From assembly GCA_019057475.1 (NCBI GenBank), contig DXJO01000010.1, forward strand, positions 32,001 through 96,000: a stretch of DNA of 64,000 nucleotides. Direction: 5' to 3'. The translations under genes and the position numbers were made by a program. Shown in pieces: positions 1-8,332 of this stretch; the first letter of the stretch is position 1; each line of letters begins with the position of its first letter. The DNA comes from Candidatus Thorarchaeota archaeon (GTDB lineage Archaea > Asgardarchaeota > Thorarchaeia > Thorarchaeales > Thorarchaeaceae). The notes under the pieces were generated by a model. It was not told the origin of the DNA. It worked only from the letters and a program-made list of their open reading frames with translations, and made no database searches.

Positions 1-2195
1 ATGATCGGTTTCCTGCTGTCTTTCAGTACAGGTTCTACCTTGGCCTTGAGTTCCTTCAGTGTGGCTCCTTCATGGAGATAGGCTCTGACCACCGAGGAAA
101 GGTCTATCATCTGCACTCTCCTCCTGTAGAATCGTTTCACTGAAGCGCTGTGTCGGGAGAGTCTAAGGCGTTGCCGCGCAAGTACAGAATCTCCATATTC
201 ACCCGTAAGGTCGAACCAGATCACGTCTCTGGCTCGGTTTCGTGCAAGGCTGTGAATGTACTGTAGTCCGTGCCACCGTGAAGCAATGACTGAGGCAGAC
301 TGGGATGGTGACCCTCTTCCGCTCACCGAGAGGTAAAGGATGAACTCCTTCTCATCGTCCACGCGATTCTTGAACGGGTCAAATTGCTCCACATAATTAA
401 TCGGCCGTACTTCAGATGCTGAGATAGTGCTAGACAGAACTTTCAGGACCATTCTCAGAGGTCGACCGCTTTCACTAGGTCGGAGAACATCTCCCATGGT
501 AAGATCATTGTTCGAAGCTCTTTGATAGGCCTCAAGAATAAGGGGCGAAATTGCCTTCCTCATTTCTCCCCAGTCCTCCTTAGAGTCTACAACAATTACA
601 GCCTTGAGAAGGTCTGTTGGTGCTAGAGTGTCCTTCCGCATTACGCTGCTATACTCAGATAGAATGGCATCACTGTAGGCTTGAAGTTGTGCCCTGTTAG
701 CCTCTGAAACAGGACTCGCAATGACTCTGTCCCAGTTGTCCTCGGTCATCCTCCTTCGCTCAAGTACGAACTCATTGACGGTGTTCTCTTCGCTCTTGGA
801 TTTGGTCTCGACACCGTAGATATCGACATCGAATGAACTCCTAGTCTTCAAATCGACGACCATGCAGGGTTCGTATACAATTACGACAGGACTATTATCA
901 GCTCGGGAGAGAAACTTTCTTCGCATCAAAACTAGGTCTGCACGTCCTCTTCCACCAGCCACGTACAATTCTGAGGTCAGCAACATACCCGATGTATCAT
1001 ATGTCATCTCATCTCCGTGATAGACCACTGCACTGAGCTTGAACGGGCTTGGGAAGTACTTGGAAATGAAACGATGAAATCTGACACCGACTCGCCTGCT
1101 CTCCTCAGTGGCCTTCCTAAGCAGCTCTCTTGCATCATCCTCCGTGAGTTTTCCATTCATTATCAGACTCTTGACCTGCTCAATGGAGTCACCCCACTCG
1201 ATGATACCCTCCTTCTTGGAGCGCGCTATCATTCGATCGAAGAGGTTCTTGAGCTGGTCTTCAGCAGCAGTTTCAGATTCATCGACTAGAGCGCTGAATG
1301 AATAATGGAGATCATCCGATGGAACCCACTCTTCCGCGGCCTCCTCAATTTCTTCAGGCTCATCGAGAGAGATCTCATTCTTCGACGTATGCTTCTCCAA
1401 GGATTCCGCAATTTCAGAAGTTATGGACTGAGGCCGACCGTTTCTCGTTCCAAACTGAGCACGTATTCGGTCCACGACCGCTCTCAGTTCTTGAATCCCA
1501 CCTCGAATGAAGTTTGAACGACCAGTGTTTCTCTCAGTGTACACGTAGTCCATGAAGGGCAACAGCCTGTCGACGAGTTCATCAACGTACTTCATGGTCT
1601 TCCTCCGCGGGACACCGTATTTCAGACACTGTCTAACTAGTTCAACGAGATGAGAGCGAATCATGTCTCCAAAGTCCAGCTCAGGCAGATGATTATGTCT
1701 CAAAGGATAGATTGGTGTCTTTGCAGAACCCGGATAGCCAACTCCAAGTTTCCCATTGCCCAGGGTAATCACCCCCGGTCTAGGGAACTCGAAGCGTTCC
1801 TTCATGACATCTCTGATTCTACTCCCCGAATAGTCCCATAACTGGTTCAGGTACTCTTGGTTCCCCTCACTGCGTTTCGTACGCTTGGTTTCCCTGTTGC
1901 CGTACTTGACTGATGTCTTCAACATGATTCGGGAGAAGCTTCTTCGTATATCCTTCTCGACCTTGAGGAGCTTCCACGCATCAGGAGCACCATTCGTCAC
2001 CGTTTCTTTATACTCTTCTTTCGCTTCTCTCCAAATCTTTGCCATGCCTTTGATGCGATTACCCTGACCATGGTACAACGGATGTGCCTCCCCAGTGGCT
2101 CTGTCTTTGGCCAAGGCAAGAGTTGCTGACATTGCCATCTGAAAGGCTGTGGTAAGGACTTTTGCAGGATTCCGTGGATATGAAGGATTGCGCAT
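1..2195 (-). CDS. Large protein (>730 aa, 3' end beyond window) with central RecB/Cas4-like PD-(D/E)XK nuclease domain and downstream HerA-like motif region
   Basis: Manual translation from ATG at 2195 (MRNPSYPRNPAKVL...) is open to base 1; it is absent from the ORF track because no stop lies in the window. Motifs GVRFH, SELYVAGGRGRADLVL, VVDLKT, QLQAY; later VIWFDLTGEY. Confidence 0.8.
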   Translation of the reverse strand, partial: MRNPSYPRNPAKVLTTAFQMAMSATLALAKDRATGEAHPLYHGQGNRIKGMAKIWREAKEEYKETVTNGAPDAWKLLKVEKDIRRSFSRIMLKTSVKYGNRETKRTKRSEGNQEYLNQLWDYSGSRIRDVMKERFEFPRPGVITLGNGKLGVGYPGSAKTPIYPLRHNHLPELDFGDMIRSHLVELVRQCLKYGVPRRKTMKYVDELVDRLLPFMDYVYTERNTGRSNFIRGGIQELRAVVDRIRAQFGTRNGRPQSITSEIAESLEKHTSKNEISLDEPEEIEEAAEEWVPSDDLHYSFSALVDESETAAEDQLKNLFDRMIARSKKEGIIEWGDSIEQVKSLIMNGKLTEDDARELLRKATEESRRVGVRFHRFISKYFPSPFKLSAVVYHGDEMTYDTSGMLLTSELYVAGGRGRADLVLMRRKFLSRADNSPVVIVYEPCMVVDLKTRSSFDVDIYGVETKSKSEENTVNEFVLERRRMTEDNWDRVIASPVSEANRAQLQAYSDAILSEYSSVMRKDTLAPTDLLKAVIVVDSKEDWGEMRKAISPLILEAYQRASNNDLTMGDVLRPSESGRPLRMVLKVLSSTISASEVRPINYVEQFDPFKNRVDDEKEFILYLSVSGRGSPSQSASVIASRWHGLQYIHSLARNRARDVIWFDLTGEYGDSVLARQRLRLSRHSASVKRFYRRRVQMIDLSSVVRAYLHEGATLKELKAKVEPVLKDSRKPI

Positions 2196-2356
2196 TGAGA
2201 TGAATCATTGTACTAAATATATAAGAATTGTTACGGCTAAAGTGACCTATGCAATACTCAATTTAACCCAAACATTCAGAGGCTAAACGCGGTTTTGTTA
2301 ATATGACGGAAAGCAGTCTTAATAACCTTATATAGGTTCATTCTGTAAAAGAATAC

Positions 2357-2418
2357 GAGTTCAAAACCCCTGTTCAATACAGGGATGGGAGTGAACTCAA
2401 CTGACCGAAACAGGTCAG
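2357..2418 (+). promoter_or_regulatory. Structured 5' leader / possible element left end upstream of tnpB
   Basis: GAGTTCA(2357-63)/TGAACTC(2392-98) encloses CCCTGT/ACAGGG, followed by hairpin CTGACC-GAAACA-GGTCAG (2401-18). TATA-like TTATATA lies about 25 nt upstream (~2328-34). Confidence 0.5.
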
Positions 2419-2446
2419 AACTTTATATAGGAGAAGACGAAAGGCG

Positions 2447-4123
2447 ATGGCTCAGTCTAAAGGTGTCACAATCTCTGTCAAGGTACCCATCAAATGGGAT
2501 GCGATGACAGAGAGAACACAACAGCGGCTCAGGCAAATTGTGGGCCGGGACACCAGAGCAGTCCGTGCTTTCCTTGGTATTATTGAACAACACGAAGACA
2601 AATTGTTGACAGGTCGTAACAATGGTAGGATACGTGATGGTGAGCTCGACAAGCTCACGATGACCGCAATCAAGGTCAAAGCAGGATTCCTTCAGAGATT
2701 GACAGTCCCGCATGACCTCAAGGCTCAGTTTTCTAGAATGTCGCAGAACGAGCTGACAGAGTGTCGGCAGACTGCAGTTGCACTCTATGAGAGCTACCTC
2801 AAACTTCGCAGGAAGAAAGGAATGAAAGCCTCCCGTCCCTGCAAGATCAACTCGACTCAGAGGATTCCTAGGTGGGTGTTCAATCAGAGGTTCAAGCTCT
2901 TTGAGAAACGCACGACTGTTGCTAGATGGTGGTTGGACTTACGTGATTCTCTTGACTCTGTGCCGGAGGGAAGGAGAGTCCACGACAGGCTCTTGATCCC
3001 CCTGAAGATGTCACCCTTTCATCTCAACCAGATTGATAGAGGGGAAGTTAAGGCACTACAGGTTCTCATTGATCGAAATGGGAAGTGGTGGGTGACCTTT
3101 GCAGTTCGAGTTGACACACCAGAGCCACCAACTGACAGTCTACCTCTGGCTGTGCTTGGAATGGACCTTGGTATCGAAAAGTCTGCATGCACGACCCTTG
3201 TCACTCCCACGAAGGTCAGGGAGACCAGATACTTCGTTCAGAGGGACAAGGTGAAGGTGATCAAGAAGTATGACAGACAGGTGGCAGACCTTCAACATGA
3301 GATGGCATCGAGAAGAAATGACGGACTGCCTTACGACAAGGTTGCAGAGAAACTCAGAAGGCTCCGAACAAAGCGAGAGAACGTTGCACGAGAGTATGAC
3401 CGCGTTCTGGTACGACAGCTTGTGGACTACATCACCGAGCTCTCTGAGAGATACACCCTGTATGTTGCCATTGGTAGACTCAAGAACATCAGGGTCACTG
3501 CACGCAGAGGTAACTTCAGGGGTCGCAGGTTCAGGGGGATGATCCATTCCTGGGCTTTTGCGAGAATCACTGACAACCTCCAGCATGCATTGGCACAGCT
3601 CGGATGGTCTGTTAGTGGAAAGGATTCTCGTTTCCGAGTAGTTCCTGAGAACTGGACCTCTATCATGTGCTGGAAGTGCGGTCGCAAGGGAAGACGCCCC
3701 AGGCAGAACTACTTTGTGTGTCCAACCTGTGGAAACAGGTGCAACGCCGACAAGAACGGAGCCATCAACATCGCCGGACGCCTCATTACGCTCACGGGAT
3801 CACTTCATTCTGTGAGAGGACTAGGCAAGTGGGCTAATGCTGTTTCACGCAGCCAACGCTCACTCCCGAAAACCCGAGGGAAGGTCTCTTCTCAAGGGAG
3901 GTCCTTACTCTCCATGAAGAGTGGTGTATCGCACTCTGGAGAGTCCGCGGCTGTTCACCATGCTCAGACGAGTCTTCTCAGTTTCAGCGATGAATCTGGG
4001 ATGGGTGATAATGACCCCGCCGTGGTAGGAACTGTGAAGACCCTCTCTGTCGCCGGGAGTGATACCCCAGCATCAAGACAGGAGAAGGAAGCCAGGTCTG
4101 TAGGAGGGATACCATCCCGATGA
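2447..4123 (+). CDS. tnpB: TnpB/Cas12f-like RNA-guided nuclease with rearranged (Fanzor-type) RuvC site
   Basis: RuvC-I LGMDLG (D240); RuvC-II position AIGRL (G343 instead of E); alternative Glu in VPENWTS (E401); Zn finger CWKC...CPTC; RuvC-III NADKNGAINI (D435). Confidence 0.85.
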   Translation: MAQSKGVTISVKVPIKWDAMTERTQQRLRQIVGRDTRAVRAFLGIIEQHEDKLLTGRNNGRIRDGELDKLTMTAIKVKAGFLQRLTVPHDLKAQFSRMSQNELTECRQTAVALYESYLKLRRKKGMKASRPCKINSTQRIPRWVFNQRFKLFEKRTTVARWWLDLRDSLDSVPEGRRVHDRLLIPLKMSPFHLNQIDRGEVKALQVLIDRNGKWWVTFAVRVDTPEPPTDSLPLAVLGMDLGIEKSACTTLVTPTKVRETRYFVQRDKVKVIKKYDRQVADLQHEMASRRNDGLPYDKVAEKLRRLRTKRENVAREYDRVLVRQLVDYITELSERYTLYVAIGRLKNIRVTARRGNFRGRRFRGMIHSWAFARITDNLQHALAQLGWSVSGKDSRFRVVPENWTSIMCWKCGRKGRRPRQNYFVCPTCGNRCNADKNGAINIAGRLITLTGSLHSVRGLGKWANAVSRSQRSLPKTRGKVSSQGRSLLSMKSGVSHSGESAAVHHAQTSLLSFSDESGMGDNDPAVVGTVKTLSVAGSDTPASRQEKEARSVGGIPSR

Positions 4124-4250
4124 TGATAGACAAAGCCCCTGCTGACTCCAGACTCCGCCGGAGTGTGGAGGATGGCGACATCTGGCAGGGGAAGGGTGGA
4201 ACACAGGAGTCTCTTACAGTTGAGTGTCACTCACATGAAATGTAAGAAAC
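4100..4250 (+). ncRNA. Putative omegaRNA (TnpB guide scaffold) 3' portion / element right end
   Basis: AAGCCCCTGC...GCAGGGGAAG stem (4136-42/4185-91) with nested hairpin 4146-4170; possible pseudoknot AGACTCC(4150-56)/GGAGTCT(4206-12); further stem TCTTACA/TGTAAGA (4212-18/4241-47). Confidence 0.55.
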
Positions 4251-4324
4251 GGGTAATAATACAATGAGTGATATAATCGTGGGTCAATCTGTTCACCGAT
4301 TTGGCCAACGCAATGGTGTAGATA

Positions 4325-4897
4325 TTGGATAATCCGCAGATACGTGCTCTTCTTGAGATTAGAAAGGACTTGGAGGACCAACTGGAAGAGTTCAGAAGAA
4401 GAGTTGGAAAGATTGAGGAGATGATTGATGAGCTCGATTCAGTCATTGGCATGGGTAGCTTCTCCTCAGCCGACGCAGTTCTTGGAGAGAAAGACACCGC
4501 GGCCAAAGACGCGACCGAGGCTGCGGCTGATGACGTGCCTGAGGAGCCAAATACAATCGTAGTGTTGAACAAAGCTCGCGATCTCGAATTGGGTACGATG
4601 GAAATCATTGGTCCAGATGTTACGATTCTTCCGGCAGAGCACGCGCTGTACGATATCAAGCGGGGCGCCTTCGCTCGATTTTTTGTTGAGCGGATTCTGG
4701 GACAGTTTCAGAGAGAAGATAGACAGAAAGTCGAGAATGGCGAGCTCGAGTGGAGCGAGACATTTGAGTTCGAAGTTCACGCTGAGGATGGCATCCTTCT
4801 TCAGCTGGTCATAAAGAACTTCGGTTCAAGCAGTAGGCTTGAGGAGATACAGCGAACTCTTCGATGGGCTCTTGAGAAAACCTATCGTGCTAGATGA
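4325..4897 (+). CDS. Hypothetical protein with N-terminal coiled coil
   Basis: 190-aa ORF, heptad-like N terminus, protein-like composition. Confidence 0.7.
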   Translation: MDNPQIRALLEIRKDLEDQLEEFRRRVGKIEEMIDELDSVIGMGSFSSADAVLGEKDTAAKDATEAAADDVPEEPNTIVVLNKARDLELGTMEIIGPDVTILPAEHALYDIKRGAFARFFVERILGQFQREDRQKVENGELEWSETFEFEVHAEDGILLQLVIKNFGSSSRLEEIQRTLRWALEKTYRAR

Positions 4898-5004
4898 GGA
4901 TAAGGAAATCGCGCGAAAGCAACTCACCTCTGCTTCTTTAGCAAAAGAATATAACCCAACTCAATACTCATTTTCTCTACGGTCCAATTGAGCTTCTTCA
5001 CGGA

Positions 5005-5640
5005 GTGCACGAAACAGTGTCCCGCAGCGATGACGTAAGCCTCGTGGTCAATCCACAGATTGTTGTGAACCTTGTAATGGATGCACACGAATTCTTCTCA
5101 GAACACAAGGTTGACGAGCGATACGAATCAATGGCACTTGATCTTGTAAGGCGATATGTTTCCCAAGAGGGTATGCCGCGTGAGGTTGGTCCCTTCTTTG
5201 GGGCTGCTCTTTTCTTGGTGACACGTCATCCCTGGAGTCATCCCAACCCGCTGACTAAGACGGAGTTTTCAGCGAAGCTCCGGATGAAGGAGTCAAGCCT
5301 TGATTGGTACACTGAGAGCATAATCGAGAAGTTAGGTTTCGCCATTCTATACGACAAGAGTCAGCTTCCATTCTACGTCGATTCTCAGGGGACCATTGCA
5401 AGTGTCGTTAACTCTGTCGTAAGAACCACTGTGGGTGAGGAGGTCGTGCGCAGCATTGTTAGAGGCAGTGTTGTTTCTCCCAATGCGCTAGCTGAGCGAA
5501 TCGTTGACAGCCTCTGCAGTGTTGTGAAGATTATACCCGCCGCGTTCGAACAGGAATTACATAATCTTGTTCAACGGAAGATTGAGGATGAGAGCAAGCG
5601 ACTGCTCACCGAACTGGGCGGCCGATCAGCCAACACCTAG
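5005..5640 (+). CDS. Hypothetical protein with TFIIB/cyclin-repeat-like N-terminal half
   Basis: FFGAALFLVTR...PLTKTEFSAKLRMKESSLDWYTESIIEKL aligns by eye with the TFB repeat LAAAAIYVAS...RTQREIAEVARVTEVTVRNRYKEIVAKL in this window. Confidence 0.55.
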   Translation: MHETVSRSDDVSLVVNPQIVVNLVMDAHEFFSEHKVDERYESMALDLVRRYVSQEGMPREVGPFFGAALFLVTRHPWSHPNPLTKTEFSAKLRMKESSLDWYTESIIEKLGFAILYDKSQLPFYVDSQGTIASVVNSVVRTTVGEEVVRSIVRGSVVSPNALAERIVDSLCSVVKIIPAAFEQELHNLVQRKIEDESKRLLTELGGRSANT

Positions 5641-5939
5641 GTATTCTCTGGTTGCAGTGCCACTTCCTCAACAAACCGTTTGCCTGCCACTACTTGGTCG
5701 ATGGAGTGAATGACTGCACCTGCCTGCTCCAATATCTCCTTGATCACATCAAAACGGAGGTCGTCCCCCTCGATAGTGATTGCAATCGACTCGGTGCTCT
5801 GGTCAACTTCCTTCAACGATATATTCACACCCAAGACAGATTCGTCGCTAGCGACCATTATGGCCAAGTCTGTTAGTCTAGGTGTATGTGGTTTCAAAAC
5901 GTCAAGAACAATTCTTCTAATTCCAAATGCATGAGGCAA
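5637..5939 (-). CDS. DUF211 family protein
   Basis: IRRIVLDVLKPH...AVIHSIDQVVAG signature. Confidence 0.85.
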   Translation of the reverse strand: MPHAFGIRRIVLDVLKPHTPRLTDLAIMVASDESVLGVNISLKEVDQSTESIAITIEGDDLRFDVIKEILEQAGAVIHSIDQVVAGKRFVEEVALQPENT

Positions 5940-6181
5940 TTAGTTTTCTACCCCGCTAATGACCCTCGGGTCATGATTGTATGTCAAGCCGTTGCTAAGG
6001 AGTTGTTAAACCTTGCGAAGTCGGTCAATGTGTCATTTGTCTGAACACGTACATCGAGAAAAGCGCTAAATGGGGTTCGAGGGTGATGAACGCCCGAATG
6101 CTTATAATGCAGATGAGAGAATAAACATATGAGCCTCATCCAAGGCTTACGCCGGGAACCCTTTCAGGAAGGGACATTGAT

Positions 6182-6496
6182 TTGAAACAGGTCCGACTCA
6201 CAGATACAGCAGGAGACAAGGTGAAGAGTAAGAAGACCTCTGCAGCCCGTGCGGGTTCTGTTGAGCCGACACGTCTTCTTGATTTCGACCTAACAGGCAT
6301 AACGAACGAGTCGCTCTGGCCTATCCTTGTTGAAACTGCAAGAAGAAGTCCATTGTACGCAAACCTATCTGGCTATATACGGGAAGAAGTTCTGCCAAAA
6401 GAACCCGAGGTTAGCGTTAGGGAGCTCGCAAGCAGGCTCTCCATCTCAGTGGGCGAAGCACTTGTTATTCTATATGACATTCATAAGCGAGCCTAG
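6182..6496 (+). CDS. Hypothetical protein, C-terminal HTH-like
   Basis: VSVRELASRLSISVGEAL helix-turn-helix-like segment. Confidence 0.55.
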   Translation: MKQVRLTDTAGDKVKSKKTSAARAGSVEPTRLLDFDLTGITNESLWPILVETARRSPLYANLSGYIREEVLPKEPEVSVRELASRLSISVGEALVILYDIHKRA

Positions 6497-6575
6497 TTGG
6501 TTCCTTTGGTCTTTTATCCGGTAGCATCTTTCTTTTATCCGACTTCATTGCCACCTGTCAATGGACTGACATCAG

Positions 6576-7655
6576 ATGTTCAACCAGAATGAGTTCCGCA
6601 ATGCCAAGTACGCAAAGGTCTTGTCAAATGAAATTTGTCGTCTCAACGACGGCAGGCAGACAAGAATAGTCCACGTTTGTGGGACCCACGAGCATACAAT
6701 CAGTCATAGCGGGATCAGGTCGCTCTTGCCCCGGGAGATTGACCTCGTAGCTGGCCCTGGCTGTCCCGTGTGTGTCAGTGCGGCAGAGGACATTGACATG
6801 GCCATTGAACTGGTCCGCAAAGGTCACATCATCGTTTCGTTTGGAGATATGATTCGCGTTCCTTCAACCTCATCATCTCTTGGTAAGGAGCGCGTGAGGG
6901 GCGGCGATATACGTGTGGTCTATGGCCCAAACGAAGCCATAGAGGTCGCAAGAAAGAATCCCGATAAAGAGATAGTGTTCGTAGGTGTGGGCTTTGAAAC
7001 TACCGCTCCAGCAATGGCCGTAGAACTGTTGAAAGGACCGCCGGAGAACTTCTCCATCCTCACATCATTGAAGCTAGTTCCTCCTGCCATGGAAATTCTG
7101 ATGAATCAGGATGGGTTTAGTGTGGATGGCTTCATCACGCCGGGTCACGTTTCAGTGATAATTGGCACGAACGCCTACGGATCGATAGCAGAGAAGTACA
7201 AAGTGCCGTGTGTCGCAGCTGGCTTCGAGCCGCTCGATGTTCTGGAGTCTATCAGAATGATACTCCTACAGATTGAGGAAGGTCGTGCCGAATCAGAGAA
7301 TGAATACACACGCGTGGTTCGTCCTGAGGGTAATCTTGCTGCTCAGAAGGTGTTGGAGGATACTTTCAGAATTGATGCCGCCCCATGGAGGGGTCTTGGT
7401 GTCATAGCGCACTCTGGCTATTTTCCACGTGCTGAACTTGCTGCTCATGATGCTCGCGAAAAGTTCGAATTTCCACCCCTCGATTCAGTGGACATACTCC
7501 CGGGATGTATCTGTCATAAAGTCGTGATTGGGATTGCAGATCCCATGGAGTGCCCGCTGTTCGGGAAACGATGCGTACCCGAGAATCCATATGGTCCTTG
7601 TATGGTTGGTTATGAGGGCACTTGCAGAATTAGGCATGAAAGCAAATTCGACTAA
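6576..7655 (+). CDS. hypD: Hydrogenase maturation factor HypD
   Basis: CGTHEH, GPGCPVC, GFETT, PGHVS, C-terminal Fe-S cysteines and GPCMVGYEGTC. Confidence 0.95.
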   Translation: MFNQNEFRNAKYAKVLSNEICRLNDGRQTRIVHVCGTHEHTISHSGIRSLLPREIDLVAGPGCPVCVSAAEDIDMAIELVRKGHIIVSFGDMIRVPSTSSSLGKERVRGGDIRVVYGPNEAIEVARKNPDKEIVFVGVGFETTAPAMAVELLKGPPENFSILTSLKLVPPAMEILMNQDGFSVDGFITPGHVSVIIGTNAYGSIAEKYKVPCVAAGFEPLDVLESIRMILLQIEEGRAESENEYTRVVRPEGNLAAQKVLEDTFRIDAAPWRGLGVIAHSGYFPRAELAAHDAREKFEFPPLDSVDILPGCICHKVVIGIADPMECPLFGKRCVPENPYGPCMVGYEGTCRIRHESKFD

Positions 7656-8290
7656 GTTCTACGTGCATGTTCCCTTTCGAGCTTTCTGAGGTCTTGCTCG
7701 GAGTTGATGTTGACGAAAGTATCCAAGTTAGGGTCAAACATCTTCAACACCTCGGTGGAGATATGCATTACATTATGCAGTGAGTTGAGTAGGTCACTCA
7801 TCCTGTGCTTTTGTTTAGCAATTACTTCGAGTCCGCGACCGTAGGCGTGCTCTGCGAGATACGTAGCATGCAGGGGCTCTATGTAGCCTGAAGGCCATGA
7901 TGGAACGACTGCGCCATATCCTGAACCAAGGTCAGCGATTGATCGAAGCAGAGGAATGCTTGCCAGAGGTGTGTCGACTGGTAAGAGCATTACGTACTCG
8001 GTAGTAGAATACTCGAATGCGGTCACTGCTCCCGTGAGAGCGCATCTAACACTGTCCTCTGGGTCAACGACAATGTTTTCTCCTGTAACCACTGCGCCTA
8101 TGGCTTCTTTCTGTATTTCGTTGGAAACAACAATATGGATTTCTGAGGACAGATGCTTAGCAACCTCAATCATATGAGTCACAAGAGGGCGATCACGGAA
8201 CTTGGCCAATGCTTTCTCTGACCCAAACCGCCCTGAGGTTCCTCCCGCGAGTATCGCAACAGTTAGAATCTTCTCACTCATGATTGTCAT
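7652..8290 (-). CDS. mobA: Molybdenum/tungsten cofactor guanylyltransferase MobA
   Basis: ILAGGTSGRFGSEKAL, PVDTP, EPLHATY, FVNIN. Confidence 0.88.
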   Translation of the reverse strand: MTIMSEKILTVAILAGGTSGRFGSEKALAKFRDRPLVTHMIEVAKHLSSEIHIVVSNEIQKEAIGAVVTGENIVVDPEDSVRCALTGAVTAFEYSTTEYVMLLPVDTPLASIPLLRSIADLGSGYGAVVPSWPSGYIEPLHATYLAEHAYGRGLEVIAKQKHRMSDLLNSLHNVMHISTEVLKMFDPNLDTFVNINSEQDLRKLEREHARRT

Positions 8291-8332
8291 GCCCTCTGAT
8301 AGATGCCAGCTGGCCTGTTCTGCTTCTTGAGG

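Noticed and set aside
1017-2067. Six short + strand ORFs in the track
   Set aside because: They are antisense shadows of the long minus-strand ORF at 1-2195.
2200-4330. CRISPR array next to the Cas12f-like protein
   Set aside because: No regularly spaced direct repeats were seen on either side.
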